Shown here: one piece after another, positions 24,701 to 34,582 of the stretch
Layout: each line of letters begins with the position of its first letter
Position numbering within the stretch: position 1 is the stretch's first letter
Assembly (NCBI GenBank): GCA_964016885.1
Contig: OZ024740.1
Coordinates: 291,834,001 to 291,898,000 of the forward strand
Source: Eledone cirrhosa
Taxonomy: Eukaryota
Direction: 5' to 3'
Length of the DNA stretch: 64,000 nucleotides
Position numbers and translations under genes: made by a program
Notes under the pieces: generated by a model
The model's input: only the letters and a program-made list of their open reading frames with translations
What the model was told of the DNA's origin: nothing
Database searches by the model: none

Positions 24701-27700
24701 CCTTTTTTTTATGTTTGCATGAAGTGCAAAAGACTAGCAGAAATATATTGCCCAGAAGAAATATAAAATATTACAACTTTACATGAAAAATTCATTGTTA
24801 GGTCATATCTTAAAAGGTTAATCTAAAGAAAGAATTTATAAACAACAAGAAAAGCTGGACTGAGGCAATTCTTCTTGAGATGACAAAGGATCGCAATGAG
24901 TGGAGAGATGCTATGCTGAGAAGGACCCGTCCAACCCATGCAAGTGTGGGAAAATGGATGTAAAAATGATGATGATTATCATCATCATGTAAACATGAAA
25001 ATGAAACATCTTTTCCTAATAGTAGCTACTTATATATTTTTATATCATAATTTGTAAACAACAGTATTGTTTCTAACAGGCCAATCACTGATTCACAGTA
25101 TTCCTGATGGTGTATATATTTATAAGGGAATGTCTGGAACTCAGTCTATCCTAAGGAACTTTGATACCAAAGCACCAGCTTTTATTACTGGTGTATATAT
25201 TCTTCAATGGTGTATATCAGTAAAAGATAAACACACACACACACACACACATACGACAGCTTTCTGCAATTTCCATCAACCTAATTCTACCTGGAAAACC
25301 AAAAGCACTGGTAGAAGACACCAAAGGTACCATGCAAATCAACCCTAGAACCATGTGGTTTCTAACCACACAGCCATGCCTGTACAGTCATAAAAGTTTT
25401 AATTGTTAGAGAAGGGGAATTGAACATTTAAGAAGCTTTGACCTTCCCATGAAGCATTAAGCACTGAAGTAAATGTACAATTATCTAAATAATGCTTATT
25501 ACCTTACTTCTGTAATAATGGCTAATAAAATGATTACTGGAAACCTAATATAAATAGCCAACACAACCAGTTGAATACTTTAACCCTTTTCTTACTGTAT
25601 TTCTAATTAAATACAGTCTTTCAACTGATTTTGAAAATAACCAAACATTTGGAAAAATTTAATAAAATAACTAAGATTCTCATAATTAAGCTGATGTTTA
25701 AAACATTAATTATCAAAAATGTATAAAATATAATTATGATGAAAGTTTTTTTAACCCTTCAGCATTTACATTACTCTATATATATACTACTGTATTTTGT
25801 GGTAAAGGCTTTATCTTACATAATAATCTCACATAAGATTGAAGGTACGAGATTTTGATGTTATTTATTTTGAGAACAATACCTTATCACTGGTATGAGT
25901 GGCAGGTTTAAATGATAAAGGATAAACATTTTAAAAAGAGTAGTTTTGGGTGATTTGGTATTAAAAATGTTAACATTAGAATAGATATTAACTGAACATA
26001 AACATAGCAACATCAAAAATAGAATAACAATATTTCTTACACCAAATGTTGCTCCAACAGGTTTACATAACCATTTTGGTGGTTTCTGCAGTGGAATGAT
26101 TACTGGTGTAGTTTGTGCCATAGATTGGTCAGGAAACACATTGGTATTAAATGATTCAGCAACCTAGAAAGAGGATTAAAAATAGATCAGAGGTGGAAAA
26201 TATATTTTTATATGAGCATAATTTAGATTTCCCCATCAATTATGATATTTCATCTATTTCTACCACAATATTCTTATTCTTCTCCCATTTATTCCTGAGA
26301 GCGTCATGGAGGCAGAGTCCTCAAATAGTCCATCCAGCAGGTCCTGTTAGAAGTAACTGTTTCCAACTGATCCGGCTGGATCCCAAAGCATGACCAACCA
26401 AGCTCATGGATGTTTTCCAACCATCTTGCTCTGGGTCTACCCCATGGTCTCCTGCCAGTGGGTTTTGCTCGTAAAATCTGTTCAACAATTCTATCATGAT
26501 AGCATTGATTGGAATATTCTGAGAGTAACTTACCTGTGAACTAACTCACTTGATCAATTGCTTTGTTAACACCAATATTATAAATCCAGTTTTGCTATTT
26601 CAACAATTCTTTGGCTTACTTTTCCTCTGACAATCCTCTACTTCAAGTATATAATGCTTTTTTACTCATCTTACTCATTCTCATCTAATCTTTCTATCAT
26701 TTGGAATTACATTGGTTGGTAATATCTGAAAGCTCAAATTCACAGCTTCATTTTCAGCAACATCTAGTAAAGCATATTTATCTAATTCAAACTTTATATA
26801 GTAAAACTTTCAATCTAACAGCTCTCTAACCTTCTTTCACATATTCTCTACCTCACTTACTATATTTCACTGAACCACATCATCATCTTCGTTTAACGTC
26901 CATTTTACAACACCTAATAACATAAGGATCACTTAAGTATCAGAAAGTAGAAACTATGTTTTGTGAGCCATCTGAGTAGTCGACAGGCTTTATTTCATGT
27001 TCTACTGCTAACTGCTCTTGTGTTTCTATCCCATCTGATGACCTGATCCTCTGTCAACCTACCACAGTCCCCACTATACTGAATTCCTTACTTCCTACAT
27101 ATCAAACAAAGCAATTTATCATATGGCACTGAAATTCAATACTCTCCTTCTCTCTCTTACTAAGTAGCACTTTGGTGATTACATGCTAATTAGGTTTTTA
27201 TATTTGGAACTGTTTTCAGCAACTCTGATAGACTCTGTAATGAGAACCAAGTCACCAGTATATAAAGCCATCCAAGACCAACTACTCCTGAACTTTGTTT
27301 GTTTTTTTTTACCCTTTCATTCACATAATTATAATGAAAAACTCTGAATTTGAATTAATTAATGAAGAATTTGGAAGAATTTACTAAATTATTTTATTAT
27401 TAAGATGGTTATTTGTAATATAATTAACAAAATTTTCTTATGTCAAATTATGTAGGAAGATTTTAATTTAAAATGAGCTGTTTTGTTTCATAGAAGATGG
27501 TTTTGAGCAGGGTGGCATCAAAAGGGTTAAGGAGTATAATACATAGAAGGGGAATAAGAGCAGAACCCTGGTAGAAACCAGTCTCTCCACTAGATTTCTC
27601 AGTAAACTTGTAGCTAACCCAAACCTTGAGAATATCACTTTCATAAAAGGTTTATACAACTTTGACCATTCAATGCCTACACTTAGTTTCTAAGACTTTC

Positions 27701-30700
27701 TCCAGACCAACAAATCTCAAGTGGAGTGGCTTGTTTTTATCAGTTGGAAAAGATGTGGAACATTTAAACACCTAACACACCTGCAGTCATTATACAATAT
27801 TTTTACCTTGTTTGTTGGTTGACAAGGATGTCCTCCACCCATCAGAGAGAAGACACTGACATGTCCATCAAATGAAGCACTTGAAATAATTCCAGGATTT
27901 CGAGGACACCACTGGACATCAAAACTCCATTGATTACTGGTTTCTAGTTCACATACAACCTAAAAATAAAGTAAAGATAAAAACTAAGTCAAAAGATATA
28001 AAATATTTAATCAAAAAAACATTTTCTAGAGAAATTTACCTGAAAGGTAAGAGTTAATTTAAAAAAAGGTTAATAAAATGAATATGGGTTTCCTATCCAG
28101 AAACTGATAAAGAACTGTATTGCTGCAAATATAATAGAAAACTTAATGGCTGGGGTTCAATACATTTGACTCTTGGTTTAAAAGCCATGATTTCAAAGTT
28201 ATCATAGCTAATAGAGGGTCCTACTTGTTAAAAAATACCCATTGGAAAAAGGTTTTTCATAGTTTATCAAAATCGCTTTTTTTTTACAATGGATACCTTT
28301 CTAAGAACACTGTTATGGCAGTGTCCCTAGAGAAAATGATTCTGTCAATGGATTCATCAGATACACAAATCTATATTTATTCAAGTTGTACAATATCAAA
28401 GCACTTCAACTTTTATTTCTTTCCTCTTATGTACTACGACACCCCTCCCACAAATTATGACCAATGTCCTCCTCCCTCAGACACAAGAAAAATGTTAAAA
28501 GAGGACTCTTCAATTGTGTCAAAGACATGACAACCTTCCTAGTACTAGTGTCATGATAAAATACATATGCTAGAGTGTGGCAATGTATGTAAGGGAGATA
28601 GAGGCCCCCATCTGAGCACTTGGTAGAATGTGGGAACAAATATAAAAGTGAGATGCAGGGTCCCAGTTTATCTGAGGGATCAGTAGCTACACTTTACTGA
28701 TTCAGTTTGTGACGACTTATCCAACAGGGAAATGATCGTTAAATTATAATGATGATAACAATGAATTATTAACTGTTAGCACTTGGTGATTGACAAATGA
28801 ACTAAGAGATAAAATAGTTAATAAATACAACAGAAATAAATTATAATATCTGATTTGAGGAAATGGAATGGGTTTTTTTTATGTACCATACAGTAAAAGG
28901 GTAAAGACCCCCTTCAGTCACAAATGACCATGGGATTTACATCTAGAGGCACAAGCCTAGGCAATGTTATTTGTGGGAGATCAGCAGTTGCCCATGCATA
29001 TTAGTCACCCCTTTCCACACCACCAATGTAGTCCAAGGGAAAGACAAATGCTGATACAGTTTGGCACCAGTGATGTCACAACTCATTTCTACAGTTGAAG
29101 ACTGGGAAGTGGCAGAAACGAAAAACATTTTTTAGAGAAAAAATAAGTCTATTCAAGTCGCCATTGAGAGAGAGATGTGTATATATACCTAGCAAAGATT
29201 ATAATGAGAAAATGGTGAGAGTAAATACTTCTATAAGCAAAGCAAACTACCTGAATGTAAACATTACTATCATCACTTTTATGTTTTTCTTCCATTACAG
29301 CATACATTTAATATTAAATCATATGTCAAGATATAACTGGTTTGTTCATTACCTATTTGGTTTATTTACAAAAACATATATCTACATTTTGTACTTACTT
29401 CTCCACCTTGGATTGTAGTATTAGGATTCCAACACAGTATTTTGTTATCTTTTCCACAACTAAGCAGCAGATCTGGATCTTGAGGACACCATGCTAGACT
29501 TAAAATTCCTCTGAAATAAAATGAAGTATTTTATTATTTTCTCCAAACAACATAGCAACAATAAAGCAGTTTTTCATGCGTTATTTCATCTATAAACTAG
29601 TGTTCTCCGGGTCTAGACTTACATTTTCAACAATATTTGGTCTATCCTAACCACTGCCTACATTTAACTACCACCATAAACCACTTATCACCTTCCTCCG
29701 AATATCTGCTCACTATCTTCATATTTATAGCCATATCATATTTCTCTCTCTCTTTCTTTCTTTCTCTATATGAAATGGAACTCCATTAATTTGGGCAATG
29801 AGTATTCCAGTTATTTGATCAATGAAACAGCTTGCTCATGAAAATCAACGTGTAGGTGGCTGAGCATTCGACAGACACGTGTACCCTTAATATAATTCTT
29901 TGGAAGACTTAACATGACACAGTGTGTGACAGGGCTAACTCTTTGAATTAGAGGTGCATCTGACTGGCTTCCAAGAGTTTTCATCTCGCCAATTTCACTT
30001 ACAAGGCATGAGTTGAACCAAGGCTATTGGAAATAACACTTGCCCAAAATACCATGCAATGGGATCAAACCCAAGACCTAATGATTTCAAAATGAACTCC
30101 TTAACCATTCAGCTATGCTGTGTCTACACCTTCTGTATATATGTATGTGCATATCATAAGAATCATCTCCCCATCCCTTTAGGTCAGTTTTTCCATGCTG
30201 GTAAGGGTTGGACAGGTCATTAAAGACCAGATCAGTATTTTATCAGGCTGGGTGACCATGTCTCACTCAAAAAAACATTTTATTTTGGCTTCTCAGCCAT
30301 ACTGTAAGAGACCATTCTAGGAAATTAAGGATGAACAGTATTGGAAATCCCAGTTCAGTCTAACTTCTGGTAGCTCTTCCAAATAAATTCTTAAAAAGAT
30401 TTATTTAGAATAACTCCAAGTTAGTTGCAAGAATTTTCCATCCACACAACTACATCTCATCATATTCAAGACAGGAACTATAAAAGAAATTTACACTTAT
30501 GTTTGCTAATTTGCTGAACTATACAAACCTTTGATGTTTTTCAAATGAGCGTAAAGGTGACGTTGCATAACGTAAATCCCACAGTTGTATGACTGGTGTG
30601 TGATCATCTTCAGATGACAGACAAAGCTGGGTTGCTACATCTGGACTCCAGGCAGTTAATCTACTTTTAATCTGGAATTATATATACATATCTTAGAAGT

Positions 30701-33700
30701 TTACCTTTGAAATCAAAATAATTATTTTGAATAATAATCATTATCAACATTACAAAAGAAGTGATATGTTCAGGTTGATATATTAGACTCTCAATATATT
30801 TATTTGACTCTGAATTCAAATCTACTGTAGCATTTCATTGTGAATCTCAGAAGTAGATTTAACTGTAAAGCAGATGAGATGCCTTATAGTATCTAGTTTG
30901 ATGAGCTTTGTCTTTGTGGGAGAATAGATGACATACAATTCATATGTTTAAATCATCATCATCATCTTTTAACATCCATTTTCCATGCTAGCATAAGTTA
31001 GACGGGTTGTCCCATAGTGAGACATGTCAGGTCAGGTGTCCGTGTCTTGCTCATACAGAACTGTTTCTGGCTTGGTTTCTACTGCTGGATGCTCTTCCTT
31101 ACACCAACCCCATTTACAGTGTGGAATGGGTGCTTTTTATCGCAACACCTACACAACCATTTTACAATGTAGACTGGGCACTTTTTGTTGACACCTACAT
31201 AACCACTCTACAGAGTGGACTGGGTGCTTTTTGTTGTGTGACACCTATATAACCACTCTACAGTGTGGACTGGGTGTTTTTTGTCCTGACACCTACACAA
31301 CCAGAGAACAATATCCAATTTGTATAGTTTTTATTCACAACACACAAACAACAAATGTTTTCAGATCGTTTTCCATTTTCATGTAGACTCCATGACAAAT
31401 GAACATAAAAATGATAATGATGGGTAAGGGGAGGGAGAGATGATGATGTGTGGGAACCAGGCTGCAGCAGAGTTCATGAATATTCAAGAAGAAATGTATA
31501 AGTAAATACAAGTTTATATGCGTGTGTGTTTTGGACTTCCGACAGTTCTGATGATTTGATGAACAGAACAGCCTCTTCATAAATTTAATGTGCAAATGAC
31601 TAAATATTCCAAAATTAGGTGCACACAAAACATAGTTCTCAGAGATTCAGTATCACACAGTGTGTGACAAGGCTAGCCCTTTGAATTACAGGTTCAACTC
31701 ATGTCTTTCCAACTGAGTTGACTGGAGCAATATAAAAGAAAATGGAATCAAACTCATGAGCCAAACATCCTAACCACTAAGCCATAAGATTTTACACAAG
31801 CTTATATATCCAATATAAAGGATGAAATACAAGAAGAGACAAGCTTGTAGATTTTTTTCTGATGTATAAAATTTTATTAATAACATAAAAGTTATTCTGA
31901 AACACTCAGAAACAACAGACACATACAACCTATTCAGTAATACTTACACATTATCAAAGAAGGCAAAAACAAAAATATTGGATAGATTTTCTTCTGCTAA
32001 TTTACGTATTAGGTTGAAATATATTTTGGAAAATGGAAACACTTACCCCAGACATACTATCACTAATTTTGATAATGGGCTCATTCTTCCGTAGATCCCA
32101 GACAACACATCTAGCTGAGAATGTAGAAGCCAGGATATGTTGAACTTGGCAGTTCCAAGCAATACAGGTCACTTCTTCTGGAGGCTAAAACAAAACAATA
32201 TAGCAACTGTAATATATGCTCACAACATTTTAAGACCATCTTCCCTACTAATATAGGGGTTAGCTTTGCAGCCCCCAAAATACAACAGGTCATCTTCCCT
32301 GCTAAAGCAAAGGTTAGCTTTGCAGGCACCAAAATACAACAAAAACATTTTAAGGCCATCTTCCCTGTTAAAGCAAGGGTTAGTCTAGCAATCTCCATGA
32401 CAAGCTTTTCCATTCTGCCTTATCTGCATCATCCACACCAACACCCTGGCTTCCATTTCCTCCATTTTTAGCCATGTCTTTCTTGGTCTTTCACTTCTTT
32501 TACTTCCTTCCACATTTATTGCACCACTCCTTTCACTCTTCTTCAACACATGACCCAACCATCTCATACTATTTCTCTTCACAGCAGTCATCAATGGTTC
32601 TATTCCAATCATCCTCTGCAATTCACTGTCTGTCTTCTCTATCAGTGATACTCTACTCATCCAGCAGACCATTCTCATTTCTGTTATTTCCAGCCTTCTC
32701 TTCAACACTCTAACTTACCTGTAGGACATATGCTGAAATGATGTTCACCAATAACTTCCCAATCACCAGTTTGACCATCGTCAACCATGCAATCATTCTA
32801 GTAACACTCACAAACTGTTTACAAACTCTACAGAAATCAAGACACCAATATCTGACACCCGTATCTATATAAATTATTTATTAATGTTTACTTACCATCA
32901 ATAAATTATTTATTGATGTTCACTTATAATCAATATAAATTATTTATTGATGTTCACTTACCATCGATTTTGAGCCTGGAGTCATTGGAGTGTCCGGTTT
33001 ATTTAAATCCCAAATGTAAATTTCTGAATCACAAGCACCAGATGCTAATAAATTTGGCTAAAATAGAAATAAAAAAAATATATAGCTACAAAGTGAAAAT
33101 TGGCCTGAAATATTTACAAACAATGAAATGGTAATAGATATTAAAATAAAAGATAGTAAAATAAATCAGTTAATATTTTATTACTTGTGAAAAATATCAC
33201 ACAGACTTTCACACATACATACACATAATTTTCTTAAATGCTAAAAATGTAATGGAAACCTACAATTAACTCAATGAAACTATTTTATAAATATAAATGT
33301 AAATATAGGTTTAAAGAATTACCTGAAAAATATTAAAATCCAATGCTTTAACAGATCCAGTGTGCTTGTCTTGTTTGAAGATGGGAGTAACTTCCTCTTC
33401 TGAAATTAGTGTGGCAGCATTGTAGCCTAAAACGCTACCAGTTTCAGAACCAGCAATAATTATACCAGATGGGCATGTACTGTTTGAAATGCCATGGGAG
33501 CCCCAAAGAACTTTGTAAAACCTAAAAAAAATAAACTTCTATGAGATTTTTATCCACAAATTTGTTGCATAAATGTTGTAATTTGTAACTATAAGTAAAT
33601 CGGAAGGTGGTGGAAAGGGGGAAGGTGGGAGCTGTCATGTTATACATGAGTTAGACGAGCTCTCATGTTATGAGTTAGATGAGTTGCCATGCTATACATT

Positions 33701-34532
33701 GAGTTAGATGAGCTGTCATGTTATACATGAATTAGATGAGCTCTCATGCTATGAGTTAGATGAGCTGTCATGTTATACATGAGTTAGATGAGTTCTCATG
33801 CTATGAGTTAGATGAGCTGTCATGTTATACATGAGTTAGATGAGTTCTCATGCTATGAGTTAGATGAGCTGTCATGTTATACATGAGTTAGATGAGTTCT
33901 CATGTTATACACGAGTTAGATGGGCTGTCATGTTATACATGAATTAGATGAGTTGTCATGGATTGGGTGCTTTTTGACGTGATACCATTTTACAGTATAT
34001 ATACCTGAAGCCCAGTTAGTAAAATACATTAAAATTACACTATACCTGTGCTCTGAAGGTATTGATCCAACCATTGGCATTTGCAATTCATTTTCTGCTA
34101 GGTTTAGACTGTATATTTCAAGAGCGGCTGATGTACTGAAATTAAAAAAATATATATATTATAATTTCAGAATATATAAGTGTAGTTAATATGAAGCATT
34201 GTGAGATATGTGGTAAAAGACCGATAAATTTGTCTTAAAAGCCGGTACAATGTGGTAGAAAAATACAAAGGGCAAATGAAAAGAGGGTAATAGCCCTGAA
34301 ATATCATGCTAAAATACACTGGGTAAAACATTACTTTGTTTTCTTTCATTTGTAATCATTTGCCCTTTGCATTTTTGTATCACATTGTACCAGCTTTAAA
34401 AAATAAAAATAAAAATTATCCGACTTTTATTTCAGTCTTATTTCAGAGTTGTAATGTGTTTATCAACTGATTTAATCTGAGATCATGTATTGAAATAATT
34501 ACATCATAATAGAGCAGTTACAGATTTTTAAA

Positions 34533-34582
<50 letters not shown>

